64,000 bases of DNA, taken from assembly GCF_988243305.1 (NCBI RefSeq), contig NZ_OZ547136.1. One strand, given 5' to 3'. Each line of letters starts with the position of its first letter. The first letter of the stretch is position 1. This document shows positions 10,448-25,614 of the stretch, one piece after another. Both the position numbers and the translations under genes were made by a program. The notes below the pieces were generated by a model. That model was not told the DNA's origin. It saw nothing but the letters and a program-made list of their open reading frames with translations, and searched no databases.

Positions 10448-11395
10448 TTAGAGTTTCTCGATATCAATTGCCTGAATAGCCCTTGCAATATCAGGGGAAT
10501 TATTCAACACCCGAACATGCTGAAATAATTCCGTTGCTTCATCGTATTCTTTACGCAAATAACTCAACCACTGTTTAATCCGCGCAACGTGATATAACCC
10601 GGTATCGCCCTGCTTTTCCAGACGGGTATATTTTTGCAGCAAAGCAACTACCTCCGGCCACGGCATTCGCGGTTCGTTATATTTTACCACCCGGCTCAGG
10701 TTGGGAATATTGAGCGCCCCGCGACCAATCATCACTGCGTCGCAGCCGCTGATCGCCATGCATTGTTGCGCGCTCTGCCAGTCCCAGATTTCACCGTTGG
10801 CAATCACCGGAATATTCAGCCGCTGGCGAATCTCGCCAATCGCCTGCCAGTCAATATGCTCCGCGCGGTAACCCTGCTCTTTTGTCCGCCCATGCACCAC
10901 CAGCTCCGTAGCGCCAGCCTGTTGAACCGCATCGGCGATTTCAAATTTCTTCTCACCGCTGTCCCAGCCCAGACGCACTTTTACGCTGACGGGCAAATGC
11001 GCTGGTACAGCTTCACGCATCGCTTTTGCACCCTGGTAGATGAGTTCAGGATCTTTGAGTAACGTCGCGCCGCCGCCGCTACCGTTAACCGTTTTCGACG
11101 GGCAGCCGCAATTGAGATCCACGCCCCAGGAACCTAACTCCACCGCACGGGCGGCGTTCTCTGCCAGCCATTGTGGGAACTGACCTAACAACTGCACGCG
11201 CACCAGCGTACCAGATGGTGTCCGGCTGGCGTTTTGTAGCTCAGGGCAAATGCGATGAAAGACTTTTACCGGCAGCAGTTGATCCACCACGCGGACAAAC
11301 TCGGTGATGCACAGATCGTAGTCGTTAACTTCGGTCAGCAATTCACGCACCAGAGAGTCAAGCACTCCCTCCATCGGTGCCAGTAACACACGCAT
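10448..11395 (-). CDS. dusC: tRNA-dihydrouridine(16) synthase
   Basis: Product [33 protein letters not shown]..., Dus family, 315 aa. Confidence 0.95.
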   Translation of the reverse strand: MRVLLAPMEGVLDSLVRELLTEVNDYDLCITEFVRVVDQLLPVKVFHRICPELQNASRTPSGTLVRVQLLGQFPQWLAENAARAVELGSWGVDLNCGCPSKTVNGSGGGATLLKDPELIYQGAKAMREAVPAHLPVSVKVRLGWDSGEKKFEIADAVQQAGATELVVHGRTKEQGYRAEHIDWQAIGEIRQRLNIPVIANGEIWDWQSAQQCMAISGCDAVMIGRGALNIPNLSRVVKYNEPRMPWPEVVALLQKYTRLEKQGDTGLYHVARIKQWLSYLRKEYDEATELFQHVRVLNNSPDIARAIQAIDIEKL

Positions 11396-11597
11396 ATCAT
11401 CACCCGCAAAAAAATGAGGCGCTATGTTAGCGCCTATGGTCAGCGGATTAAAGGTCTGCAAAGAGGGATTGCTGCAAACTGCAATCCCTCTCTATGCTTG
11501 ATGTATGCCTGAGTTCGCTGCTCATTGCGTAATACCGGGGAGCGAAAAAATAAGCGCTGATTTCTTAATGTGATCGGTAGCACGTTTTACGAATTAA

Positions 11598-12724
<1,127 letters not shown>

Positions 12725-12853
12725 AATTTGCGATGCGTCGCGCATTTTTGATGTAAGTTTCACGCGTTGCATAATTAATGAGATTCAGATCACATATAAA
12801 GCCATAACGGGTTCGTAAACTGTTATCCCATTACATGATTATGAGGCAACGCC

Positions 12854-14849
<1,996 letters not shown>

Positions 14850-15042
14850 TATTTTCTCTTTTCTGTTAATTATTGAGAATAATTATTACTTCACTCAATA
14901 AGCTGCGGATATAACATTCTGAACCGCAGCTATTTGTGAATCCTTTCACAGTATAAATTTCCCCACGCGCATAGCCTTAATATCAGCACGCAATATTTAT
15001 TTAGCGTTCGCCTTAATTACTCATAGCATTAAGGAAGATCAC

Positions 15043-16281
15043 ATGCCGCAACAAAATTATCTGGATGAACTCACTCCGGCTTTTACACCGTTACTGGCGA
15101 TTAAAGAAGCCTCTCGCTGTTTATTATGCCATGACGCCCCCTGTAGTCAGGCTTGCCCGGCACAGACCGATCCGGGGAAATTTATTCGCTCAATCTACTT
15201 TCGTAATTTTAAAGGCGCTGCCGAAACAATTCGTGAAAATAATGCCCTCGGTGCCGTTTGTGCCAGAGTGTGCCCGACGGAGAAATTATGCCAAAGCGGT
15301 TGTACCCGTGCCGGTGTTGATACTCCCATTGATATCGGTCGCTTACAGCGTTTTGTTACTGATTTTGAACAACAAACTGGGATGGAAATTTATCAGCCCG
15401 GTACTAAAACGCTCGGCAAAGTCGCCATTATTGGCGCAGGTCCTGCCGGATTGCAGGCCAGTGTGACGCTGACAAACCAGGGTTATGACGTCACGATCTA
15501 TGAGAAAGAAGCACAACCCGGTGGCTGGTTGCGTAACGGCATTCCGCAATTCCGGTTACCGCAATCAGTACTGGATGCAGAAATCGCCCGTATTGAAAAA
15601 ATGGGCGTGACCATTAAGTGCAATAACGAAATCGGTAAAACACTCACCCTGGAGCAGCTGAAAGCGGAAAACCGCGCGGTACTGGTCACCGTGGGGTTAT
15701 CAAGCGGTTCGGGGCTACCACTGTTTGAGCATAGCGACGTTGAGATTGCCGTCGACTTCTTGCAACGTGCACGACAGGCGCAAGGCGATATCAGCATTCC
15801 ACAAAGCGCATTAATTATCGGCGGCGGTGATGTCGCGATGGACGTAGCCAGCACGCTGAAAGTTCTCGGCTGTCAGGCAGTAACTTGCGTAGCGCGTGAA
15901 GAGTTAGATGAGTTTCCGGCAAGCGAAAAAGAGTTTGCCAGCGCCCGGGAGCTGGGCGTTTCGATCATTGATGGATTCACGCCAGTAGCCGTGGAAGGCA
16001 ATAAAGTCACGTTTAAGCATGTACGGTTACCGGGCGAACTGACGATGGCGGCAGATAAAATTATTCTCGCCGTCGGTCAGCATGCCAGACTGGATGCCTT
16101 TGCGGAGTTAGAGCCGCAGCGTAACACCATCAATACACAAAATTACCAGACCCGCGATCCGCAAGTCTTTGCTGCTGGCGATATTGTTGAGGGGGACAAA
16201 ACCGTGGTCTATGCCGTGAAAACCGGGAAAGAAGCCGCCGAGGCGATTCATCACTATTTAGAGGGAGCTTGCTCATGTTAA
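15043..16281 (+). CDS. preT: NAD-dependent dihydropyrimidine dehydrogenase, subunit PreT
   Basis: 412-aa product with Fe-S cysteine cluster and FAD/NAD GAGPAG Rossmann motif. Confidence 0.95.
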   Translation: MPQQNYLDELTPAFTPLLAIKEASRCLLCHDAPCSQACPAQTDPGKFIRSIYFRNFKGAAETIRENNALGAVCARVCPTEKLCQSGCTRAGVDTPIDIGRLQRFVTDFEQQTGMEIYQPGTKTLGKVAIIGAGPAGLQASVTLTNQGYDVTIYEKEAQPGGWLRNGIPQFRLPQSVLDAEIARIEKMGVTIKCNNEIGKTLTLEQLKAENRAVLVTVGLSSGSGLPLFEHSDVEIAVDFLQRARQAQGDISIPQSALIIGGGDVAMDVASTLKVLGCQAVTCVAREELDEFPASEKEFASARELGVSIIDGFTPVAVEGNKVTFKHVRLPGELTMAADKIILAVGQHARLDAFAELEPQRNTINTQNYQTRDPQVFAAGDIVEGDKTVVYAVKTGKEAAEAIHHYLEGACSC

Positions 16282-17510
16282 CGAAAGATCTTTCGATTAC
16301 TTTTTGCGGCGTGAAGTTTCCCAACCCGTTCTGCCTCTCTTCTTCGCCGGTAGGCAACTGCTATGAGATGTGTGCCAAAGCCTACGACACAGGCTGGGGT
16401 GGCGTGGTGTTTAAAACGATCGGTTTTTTTATCGCCAACGAAGTCTCGCCGCGTTTTGATCATCTGGTGAAAGAAGATACCGGTTTTATCGGCTTCAAAA
16501 ATATGGAGCAGATTGCTGAACATCCGTTGGAAGAGAATCTGGCCGCCCTGCGTCGGCTGAAGGAAGATTACCCGGACAAAGTATTGATAGCTTCAATCAT
16601 GGGGGAAAATGAGCAGCAGTGGGAAGAGCTGGCGCGCCTGGTGCAAGAAGCTGGCGCGGATATGATCGAGTGTAACTTCTCCTGTCCGCAAATGACTTCT
16701 CATGCGATGGGTAGCGATGTCGGGCAAAGCCCGGAGCTGGTAGAAAAATATTGTCGGGCAGTGAAACGGGGTTCCACGCTGCCGATGCTGGCGAAGATGA
16801 CGCCGAATATCGGTGATATGTGCGAAGTGGCGCTGGCGGCGAAGCGCGGCGGCGCAGATGGCATTGCGGCGATTAACACCGTTAAATCCATCACCAATAT
16901 CGATCTTAATCAGAAAATCGGTATGCCGATCGTTAACGGTAAATCGAGTATTTCCGGATATTCCGGTAAAGCGGTAAAACCGATCGCCCTGCGCTTTATT
17001 CAGCAAATGCGCACCCATCCAGAGCTGCGCGATTTCCCGATCAGCGGTATCGGCGGTATCGAAACCTGGGAAGATGCGGCAGAGTTTTTATTGCTCGGTG
17101 CAGCGACGTTGCAGGTGACCACCGGCATTATGCAGTACGGCTATCGCATCGTAGAAGATATGGCGAGCGGGTTGTCGCATTATCTCGCCGATCAGGGATT
17201 TGATTCGTTGCAGGATATGGTAGGTCTGGCGAATAACAATATTGTCCCGGCGGAAGATTTAGACCGCAGTTATATTGTCTATCCCCATATCAATCTCGAT
17301 AAATGTGTTGGCTGTGGACGCTGTTATATTTCCTGTTACGACGGCGGTCACCAGGCGATGGAATGGAGCGAGAAAACACGCACGCCGCATTGTAATACCG
17401 AGAAATGTGTTGGTTGCCTGCTTTGTGGTCACGTCTGCCCGGTGGGTTGTATTGATCTCGGAGAAGTGAAGTTTAAGAAGGGAGAGAAAGAACACCCGGT
17501 AACGTTGTAA
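16275..17510 (+). CDS. preA: NAD-dependent dihydropyrimidine dehydrogenase, subunit PreA
   Basis: Product [19 protein letters not shown]..., dihydroorotate-dehydrogenase-like fold plus C-terminal ferredoxin-like cysteines; overlaps the preT stop. Confidence 0.95.
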   Translation: MLTKDLSITFCGVKFPNPFCLSSSPVGNCYEMCAKAYDTGWGGVVFKTIGFFIANEVSPRFDHLVKEDTGFIGFKNMEQIAEHPLEENLAALRRLKEDYPDKVLIASIMGENEQQWEELARLVQEAGADMIECNFSCPQMTSHAMGSDVGQSPELVEKYCRAVKRGSTLPMLAKMTPNIGDMCEVALAAKRGGADGIAAINTVKSITNIDLNQKIGMPIVNGKSSISGYSGKAVKPIALRFIQQMRTHPELRDFPISGIGGIETWEDAAEFLLLGAATLQVTTGIMQYGYRIVEDMASGLSHYLADQGFDSLQDMVGLANNNIVPAEDLDRSYIVYPHINLDKCVGCGRCYISCYDGGHQAMEWSEKTRTPHCNTEKCVGCLLCGHVCPVGCIDLGEVKFKKGEKEHPVTL

Positions 17511-17514
17511 AACC

Positions 17515-17575
17515 AGAGACGCATCCGGCATTTGGCACCGATTGCCGGATGCGGCGCATCCGGCAATACCCACAT
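17515..17575. repeat. REP element between preA and mglC
   Basis: gcatccggcatttggcaccgattgccggatgcggcgcatccggcaat palindromic units. Confidence 0.6.
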
Positions 17576-17580
17576 TCACA

Positions 17581-18591
17581 TCATTTCTTACGCGCGTATT
17601 TCAGTGAATCCAGCGCCACGGCGAAGATAATAATCGCCCCTTTGATGATGTACTGCCAGTATGGGTTTACGCCGATATACGTCAGGCCATAGTTGATGAC
17701 GGTAAAAATAATCACCCCGGTCACCACGCCAATCACCGTCCCTACACCACCGCTGAACGATACACCGCCTACCACACACGCCGCGATAGCATCCAGCTCA
17801 TACATAAAGCCGAGGTTGTTGGTGGCAGAGCCGATACGTCCGGCTTCTAACATCCCGCCGAAGGCATAGAACACACCAGACAACGCGTAGATCATCAGCA
17901 GGTTCAGGCCGACGTTGACACCAGATACTTTCGCCGCTTCCGGGTTACCGCCAATGGCAAAAATGTTCTTGCCGAAGCGGGTTTTGTTCCACAACACCCA
18001 GACGAACGCCACCGCAATCAACGCGTAGAAGGTGATGTAAGAGAGACGGAAACTCCCCAGCGCGACAAAGCCCTGAGCAAAGGTAGAGAAGCCACTGTCA
18101 AAACCAGAAATTGGCGACGCCCCGACAAAGTCGTAATAGAGCGAGTTGATGCCATAGACGATGATCATCGTGCCGAGCGTGGTAATGAACGGCGTCACGT
18201 TGAGATAAGCGATAATCAGGCCGTTGATCAAACCGATCACCGCACCAATGGCACAGACAATCAGAATAACCAGCGCAATCGGCATCGTCGCCATTTCCGG
18301 GAACACTTTGTTGGCGTTATCCATGGACTGCAATAACGTCGCCGCTACTACTGCCGCCAGCCCCACCTGGCGACCTGCAGAAAGGTCGGTCCCCTGGGTG
18401 ACAATTAACCCTGCCACACCGAGCGCGATAATAATACGCACCGATGACTGGGTGAGAATATTACTTAAGTTCAACAGACTTAAAAATGTTGGGTCCTGGA
18501 AAATAATAATCGCCAGCAAAACTAAAAGAACGACGTAAATACCGCCCTCTTTCAGGTAAGTAAGAAAACTTTTCTTATTTAACGCACTCAT
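17581..18591 (-). CDS. mglC: Galactose/methyl-galactoside ABC transporter permease
   Basis: 336-aa polytopic membrane protein at the end of the mglBAC operon. Confidence 0.97.
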   Translation of the reverse strand: MSALNKKSFLTYLKEGGIYVVLLVLLAIIIFQDPTFLSLLNLSNILTQSSVRIIIALGVAGLIVTQGTDLSAGRQVGLAAVVAATLLQSMDNANKVFPEMATMPIALVILIVCAIGAVIGLINGLIIAYLNVTPFITTLGTMIIVYGINSLYYDFVGASPISGFDSGFSTFAQGFVALGSFRLSYITFYALIAVAFVWVLWNKTRFGKNIFAIGGNPEAAKVSGVNVGLNLLMIYALSGVFYAFGGMLEAGRIGSATNNLGFMYELDAIAACVVGGVSFSGGVGTVIGVVTGVIIFTVINYGLTYIGVNPYWQYIIKGAIIIFAVALDSLKYARKK

Positions 18592-18606
18592 GGGAAGCCC
18601 CTAATC

Positions 18607-20127
18607 TTAAAGGTGCAAAGACGCAAGACGCAGAATTTCGTTTTGCGTTGTTGTTTTTGTATCGACAATTCCGGAAACGAGACCATTGCTCATGACCAGA
18701 ATACGGTCTGTTATCCCTAACAACTCAGGCATTTCAGAGGAGATAATAATAATCCCTTTGCCTTTCTTCGCCAGTTCGGCAATTAACTGATAGATCTCAA
18801 ACTTCGCTCCGACATCAATACCGCGCGTCGGTTCATCGAGCATTAATATTTCTGGTTGCGTTAGTAGCCAGCGACCAATAATCACCTTTTGCTGATTACC
18901 GCCGGAGAGCGAACCAATTTGCGTCCGATGCCCCGGTGTTTTTACCCGCATCGAATCAATCACCCACTGGGTATCGCTTTTCATCCGCGAGTTATCCAGT
19001 AAACCAACTTTATTTTTGTAGTTGCGAATATTGGAAATTAACGAGTTAAAACCGATATCCAGATAGGCATAAATTCCCGTTGAGCGGCGCTCCTCAGTTA
19101 CCAGAGCAAATCCGTGGTTTATGGCTTCGTTGGCATTATGGTTATTGATCTTTTTGCCGTGCAGCGTAATGGTGCCAGCCGATTTCTCGCGAATACCAAA
19201 TAACGTCTCAACAATATCGGTACGTTTCGCCCCCACCAGACCGGCAATACCGAGGATCTCCCCTTTATGCAGGTCAAACGAGACATCGCGAATCGACGGC
19301 TGGCGCAGTGACGTCAGGTTACGCACTTCGAGGATCACTTCGCCCGGCTTGTTTTCTTTATCCGGGAAACGCTGGTTAAGAGAACGACCAACCATCATGG
19401 CGATGATCTTGTCCATCGTCAGCCCTGCCAGCGGTTCGGTAGCGATCCACTGACCGTCGCGCAATACGGTAACTTCATCACATAACTGGAAGATTTCTTC
19501 CATTTTATGCGAGATATAAACAATACCGCAGCCGCGCTCTTTTAATTTACGGATAATAGTGAACAGATGATTGACCTCTTTTTCGGTTAACGAAGAAGTC
19601 GGTTCATCCATAATCACAATTTTCGCGTTATAGGAAAACGCTTTGGCGATTTCGATCATCTGCATTTGCGAAACGGATAATGTGCCGACGCGCGCACGCG
19701 GATCGATATCAATATCCAGTTCATCAAAAATCGCTTTGGTTTCGCGGTACATTTTGTCCTGATCGACAAACATGCCTTTGGTGGGATATCGCCCCAGCCA
19801 CATGTTATCCATCACCGAACGTTGTAATACCAGGTTTAACTCCTGGTGTACCATCGAAATACCATTTTCCAGGGCTTCTTTTGCAGAATGGAAATCGATC
19901 TCTTTACCCTGGAATAAAATGGTGCCGGAGTCTTTTTGATAAATACCAAACAGGCATTTTAATAATGTTGATTTTCCTGCGCCGTTTTCCCCCATTAATG
20001 CATGGATAGAATGTGGCCGGACTTTTAAATTAACGTTATCAAGTGCCTTAACACCAGGAAAAGACTTGTTGATACCGCTCATTTCCAACAAGTATTCCCC
20101 GGAAGACGGAGTCGTTGAGCTGACCAT
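18607..20127 (-). CDS. mglA: Galactose/methyl-galactoside ABC transporter ATP-binding protein
   Basis: 506-aa duplicated ABC ATPase (Walker [10 protein letters not shown]). Confidence 0.97.
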   Translation of the reverse strand: MVSSTTPSSGEYLLEMSGINKSFPGVKALDNVNLKVRPHSIHALMGENGAGKSTLLKCLFGIYQKDSGTILFQGKEIDFHSAKEALENGISMVHQELNLVLQRSVMDNMWLGRYPTKGMFVDQDKMYRETKAIFDELDIDIDPRARVGTLSVSQMQMIEIAKAFSYNAKIVIMDEPTSSLTEKEVNHLFTIIRKLKERGCGIVYISHKMEEIFQLCDEVTVLRDGQWIATEPLAGLTMDKIIAMMVGRSLNQRFPDKENKPGEVILEVRNLTSLRQPSIRDVSFDLHKGEILGIAGLVGAKRTDIVETLFGIREKSAGTITLHGKKINNHNANEAINHGFALVTEERRSTGIYAYLDIGFNSLISNIRNYKNKVGLLDNSRMKSDTQWVIDSMRVKTPGHRTQIGSLSGGNQQKVIIGRWLLTQPEILMLDEPTRGIDVGAKFEIYQLIAELAKKGKGIIIISSEMPELLGITDRILVMSNGLVSGIVDTKTTTQNEILRLASLHL

Positions 20128-20187
20128 ATAATTTTACCTTGTTGGCCATACAATAAGGGCGCAGTAAACGACTGCGCCCAATCAGTC

Positions 20188-21186
20188 TTATTTCTTGCTG
20201 AATTCAGCCAGGTTGTCTTTATCTACGCCAACATAAGGTACGCGGACCACTTTGTTGTCGATTTTCCAGTTGGTGCCATCAGCCGCACCTTTGCCATCGG
20301 CCAGGTTTTTCGCCAAATCAAAGGTCGCTTTCGCCTGGTTGTTAGCATCGTTCAGTACGGTGCCCGCCAGTGCACCGGATTTCACCAGCGCCAGCGCTTC
20401 TGGCAGCGCATCGACGCCAAACACCGGAATGCTGGACTTGTTGTGTGCTTTCAGTGCTTCTACCGCGCCCATTGCCATCGCATCGTTGTTGGCGATAACC
20501 ACTTCGATTTTGTTGGCGTTCGGGCCAGACAGCCAGGCGTCCATCTTATCTTTCGCCTGAGCGGTATCCCACATAGCGGTATCTAACTGTAACTGTTCAG
20601 TTTTGATGCCTTTGTCGTTTAATTCTTTAATCACGTAAGTGGTACGTGCTTCTGCATCCGGATGGCCCGGCTCACCTTTCAGCAGTACGAACTGAATCTG
20701 ACCGTCTTTGTTCAGATCCCAACCCTGATTCGCCGCCCAGTGTTTAGCAATCAAATCGCCCTGAATAATGCCGGACTCTTTGGAGTCAGTGCCAACGTAG
20801 TAGGCTTTGTCGTAGCTATCCAGCGCCTTACGAGACGGTTCTTTGTTGAAGAAAACCACCGGCACATTTTGCCCACGCGCTTTCTCAATCACCGTACCCG
20901 CAGCTGCCGGGTCAACCAGGTTGATTGCCAGTGCCTTCACCCCTTTCGCCAGCAATACGTCGATCTGATCGTTCTGCTTGGACTGGTCATTCTGAGAATC
21001 ATTCATCAGCAGCTGAACATCTGGCGCGGCTTTCGCATCTTGCTCAATAGCCTTGCGCACTACAGACATAAAGTTATCGTCGTACTTATAGATTGTTACA
21101 CCAATGCGAGTATCAGCAGCGTGTGCAGCGGCACCGAATAACATGCTGGCCATCACAGCAGACAGGGTTAACACCTTCTTATTCAT
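20188..21186 (-). CDS. mglB: D-galactose/D-glucose periplasmic binding protein
   Basis: 332-aa product [45 protein letters not shown]... Confidence 0.97.
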   Translation of the reverse strand: MNKKVLTLSAVMASMLFGAAAHAADTRIGVTIYKYDDNFMSVVRKAIEQDAKAAPDVQLLMNDSQNDQSKQNDQIDVLLAKGVKALAINLVDPAAAGTVIEKARGQNVPVVFFNKEPSRKALDSYDKAYYVGTDSKESGIIQGDLIAKHWAANQGWDLNKDGQIQFVLLKGEPGHPDAEARTTYVIKELNDKGIKTEQLQLDTAMWDTAQAKDKMDAWLSGPNANKIEVVIANNDAMAMGAVEALKAHNKSSIPVFGVDALPEALALVKSGALAGTVLNDANNQAKATFDLAKNLADGKGAADGTNWKIDNKVVRVPYVGVDKDNLAEFSKK

Positions 21187-21437
21187 GGTATCTCCGGTTT
21201 TTCTTATGCAGGGTAGTGCTTGAGATAAATGCTCGGCGGGGCAGTAGAGTTAATGAAGTGTTACTGAACGCCGAAGCTCACTTTTTAAAATTCGTTCTTC
21301 CATGCCCGGTAACGCTCCAGAAAACGGCTTTAATTGTTGTTATGACGCTATTACCTCGGTGAAAGTGATTATTCACTGTTACATACGGGTTACAACGTTA
21401 AAACGGTGCAATCATAGCTATCACATTGTTAAGATAC

Positions 21438-21453
21438 TGTGAAATCACTCACA
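21438..21453. promoter_or_regulatory. CRP-like binding site upstream of mglB
   Basis: tgtgaaatcactcaca matches the CRP consensus TGTGA-N6-TCACA. Confidence 0.6.
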
Positions 21454-21455
21454 GA

Positions 21456-21471
21456 TTGAAAGCGGTTACAT
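21456..21471. promoter_or_regulatory. GalR/GalS operator-like sequence upstream of mglB
   Basis: ttgaaagcggttacat resembles gal operator half-sites (..agcggttacat); overlaps the galS stop codon. Confidence 0.45.
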
Positions 21472-22506
21472 CGCCTGATTTGTTGAGTTAGTGATCGCCG
21501 CCGCATTCTGGCGCGTTGCGACAGAATGGCGACGCACTAACGTCGGCATAAAACAGTGGCTAGCACGAGGATCAATATTGCCTGCTGCCCCCTGCAAGGC
21601 CAGTTCGGTGGCTAATTTAGCCATTGAAGCAATGGGATAGCGCACAGTCGTTAATTGCGGGTCGGTGTAACGGGCGATGGGAATATCATCGAAACCGATG
21701 ATTGAGAGATGTAACGGAATCGCAATGCCATTATCTTTTAATGCTGTCAGTGCGCCAGCGGCCATATTGTCGTTATAAGCAAATACAGCGGTAAGTTGTA
21801 GATTGCGCCCCAGCAGTTCAACCATCGCCGCCTCACCGCCCGGCATGTCCGGCGTGCCAGTGCCAATCCAGCTTTCCGGCGGAATAATATCCTGCTCTTT
21901 CAACGCACTCATCCAGCCTGCTTTACGCATGGCGTCATCTTCAATGCCGTGACTGGAAGAAAGATAACCAATACGTTGATGACCGTTATTCAGCAACATG
22001 CGCGTCGCCATTCGGGCACCGCTGAGATTATCCAGGCAAACGCAACGATGGGCGTACCCCGGCACAACGCGGTTGATTAACACCATACCGGGAATGTTAT
22101 CCATAAATTGTGCCAGTTCATCGTCACTCAATGCTTTTGAGTGAACAATCAATGCATTACAACGCTGGCGAATTAACACCTCAATGGCGTGACGCTCTTT
22201 TTCCGCTTCATGATAGCTATTGCCGATTAGCACGTATTTCTGATGCTGCTGGGCGACCAGATCCACCGCTTTTACCAGCGCGCCGAAAAACGCATCAGAA
22301 ACGTCCATCACCACCACGCCAATGGTGTCGCTAACCTGAGTTGCCAGCGCCTGGGCATTGGCATTTGGTCGATAATCCAGCTCACTAACGGCTTTCATTA
22401 CTGCTTCACGCGTGTCGGCACTGACCAGCGTGCTGTTATTGAGCACTCGAGAAACCGTTGCCACAGAGACGCCAGCCTGACGCGCTACATCACGAATGGT
22501 GATCAT
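21466..22506 (-). CDS. galS: Galactose isorepressor, LacI/GalR family
   Basis: Product [23 protein letters not shown]... with N-terminal HTH; 346 aa. Confidence 0.95.
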   Translation of the reverse strand: MITIRDVARQAGVSVATVSRVLNNSTLVSADTREAVMKAVSELDYRPNANAQALATQVSDTIGVVVMDVSDAFFGALVKAVDLVAQQHQKYVLIGNSYHEAEKERHAIEVLIRQRCNALIVHSKALSDDELAQFMDNIPGMVLINRVVPGYAHRCVCLDNLSGARMATRMLLNNGHQRIGYLSSSHGIEDDAMRKAGWMSALKEQDIIPPESWIGTGTPDMPGGEAAMVELLGRNLQLTAVFAYNDNMAAGALTALKDNGIAIPLHLSIIGFDDIPIARYTDPQLTTVRYPIASMAKLATELALQGAAGNIDPRASHCFMPTLVRRHSVATRQNAAAITNSTNQAM

Positions 22507-22647
22507 ATTCACTACCTGTTATGAGATTGCAGTAAATGACTGCTTGCTGGCGGCTATTTTGTCAGCACTGAATACAGGACTTCGTGAATCGAGTCACAGC
22601 AATGGAAACGGTTACAGCCGTTTTGTTAACGAATGTGATCCAGATCG

Positions 22648-23805
22648 TTATCTTGATGTTTTAGATATTGCCGGTCCGGCAGCACGCAAAGTTAACTGAC
22701 GCCAGAGCCATTCCACCGGCCCCTGGCGGAAGTAACGCAGCCAGATAACAGAGAAGAGGATATTCGCCAGCCATACCGGAATAACAAACGCCAGCAGCTC
22801 CAGACGGTCAAACAGCATAAACAAACCGAGGTGGTAAAAAAGCGTGGTACAAATCAGCGTTTGCAATAGATAGTTGGTTAGTGCCATCCGTCCGACGCAG
22901 GCGATTGCCAGTACCAGCTTAAAGCGGCTTAATTGCGGCCAGAAGCCATAAAACAGCGACGCATAGCCAATCGCCTGAAACGGCGCACTCAGTTCCCGCG
23001 GCATCTGAAGTAAGAAGGCGCACCAGCGATACGCCCAGTCCAGCCGCCATTGCAGGGCGATAGCAGGAAGGTTAATGATCACCCCAATCGCCACCAGCAC
23101 AAAACCAGTACGACGATAGTGACGTAAGCTGAACTGCCCTTTCAGCCAGCCGCTGCGCATCAGCGCCGCACCAATGAGCATCATCCCTGCCAGTTGCCAG
23201 CCATACTGTGCGCCCAGTGCCAGTAAACTGTTTCCAACACCATCGGCACGATTACTGATCGCTTCAACGCCGCCGTGAAGCTTCCAGTATTTTTCATACA
23301 AAATAGCCGATGCATCCGGCGTCCAGGCGCGGCTGGTCTGGCTGTCGGAAATCAGCCCCAATAACATCAAAACGCCAAGCCCCACCAGATAAAGCATGAC
23401 GCCTGTATTAAACAGGCTTTTTACCGATGGCGCATCGCGCACCAGCCGCCAGCAGATTAAGCCCACCAGCCCGTAAGCCAGCAGAATATCGCCGTCCCAG
23501 AACAATAAACCGTGAATAAAGCCCAGCAAGACTAACAGCGTTAACCGCGACTGGATCCAGCGTCTGCCACGGGGCAGCAACATTTGCAGGCCAGCACCAA
23601 ACAGCAGCGCAAAAAGCGTGAGGAATTTCACCTGGCCGATGAGATCGAGAAATGCCCAGGTCCATGCATCCTGCGGCGTAATAGCGCCGTACCAGGCGGG
23701 ATTAAGATAAGCCGCCTTTGGTAGCCCAAAGGCGCTGATGTTTAATAGCAGGATCCCCAGAATGGCGACGCCGCGAACAAAATCGAGCGTGACGTTGCGC
23801 TCCAT
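22648..23805 (-). CDS. yeiB: DUF418-family inner membrane protein
   Basis: 385-aa polytopic protein MERNVTLDFVRGVAILGILLLNISAFGLP... Confidence 0.85.
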   Translation of the reverse strand: MERNVTLDFVRGVAILGILLLNISAFGLPKAAYLNPAWYGAITPQDAWTWAFLDLIGQVKFLTLFALLFGAGLQMLLPRGRRWIQSRLTLLVLLGFIHGLLFWDGDILLAYGLVGLICWRLVRDAPSVKSLFNTGVMLYLVGLGVLMLLGLISDSQTSRAWTPDASAILYEKYWKLHGGVEAISNRADGVGNSLLALGAQYGWQLAGMMLIGAALMRSGWLKGQFSLRHYRRTGFVLVAIGVIINLPAIALQWRLDWAYRWCAFLLQMPRELSAPFQAIGYASLFYGFWPQLSRFKLVLAIACVGRMALTNYLLQTLICTTLFYHLGLFMLFDRLELLAFVIPVWLANILFSVIWLRYFRQGPVEWLWRQLTLRAAGPAISKTSR

Positions 23806-23821
23806 GGTTCCTGCCTTTTAA

Positions 23822-24490
23822 TCAGTTGTGATGACGCACAGCGCGCAGAAATTCGTGGCGCGTATTCTGACTGGATTTGAACAATCCACCAAGAGAGGTC
23901 GTTGTTGTGGCACTGGTTGCGTCGCGGATGCCACGCGCTTTCACGCAGTAATGCACCGCGTCGATAGAGACAGCCACGTTATTGGTGCCCAGCAGCGTTT
24001 GTAGCGCAATGAGAATTTGCTGGGTCAGACGTTCCTGCACCTGCGGACGCTGGGCAAAGAACTGCACGATGCGGTTAATTTTTGACAGACCGATCACCGA
24101 ATCTTTCGGGATATAAGCCACCGTCGCTTTGCCATCTATGGTAACAAAATGGTGTTCACAGGTGCTGGTCAGGGTGATATCGCGCACGGTGACCATTTCA
24201 TCGACCTTCATTTTGTTTTCAATGAGGGTGATTTTCGGGAAATTGGCGTAATCCAGACCGGAGAAAATTTCATCGACATACATTTTAGCGATGCGATGCG
24301 GCGTTTCCATCAAACTGTCATCAGCCAGGTCGAGATTCAGCAGCTGCATGATTTCGGTCATATGACCAGCAATAAGGCTTTTGCGCGTTTCGTTATCCAT
24401 TTCATGCACGGGCGGGCGCAGCGGTGTTTCCAGTCCTCGCGCAACTAACGCTTCATGAACCAGGGCCGCTTCTTTACTGAGTGATGGCAT
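23822..24490 (-). CDS. folE: GTP cyclohydrolase I
   Basis: 222-aa product [27 protein letters not shown]... Confidence 0.97.
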
Positions 24491-24714
24491 TTATGATTTC
24501 TCCTGCAGGTGTGACGCCTCCGCCCTGCGTGGGGGCAAAGTTATTAAGCTGATTTACAGCCTGATTATTGTGCGTGAGGCGGCGCACATAATCCAGTATT
24601 CACAGCGATAATTATTGTAATTGCCGCTGCCTTTCATCAGCAGATGTTAAAACATCGTTATGCAAATACGGAAGTGAAAGTTACTCACAGCACATTGAAT
24701 AAACGGTATGATGA

Positions 24715-25584
<870 letters not shown>

Positions 25585-25589
25585 AGTCT

Positions 25590-25605
25590 GCCCGGTTCGC
25601 CGGGC
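25590..25605. terminator. Hairpin between convergent yeiG and cirA
   Basis: gcccggttcgccgggc perfect stem-loop in a 30-bp gap. Confidence 0.55.
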
Positions 25606-25614
25606 ATCTTCCTG

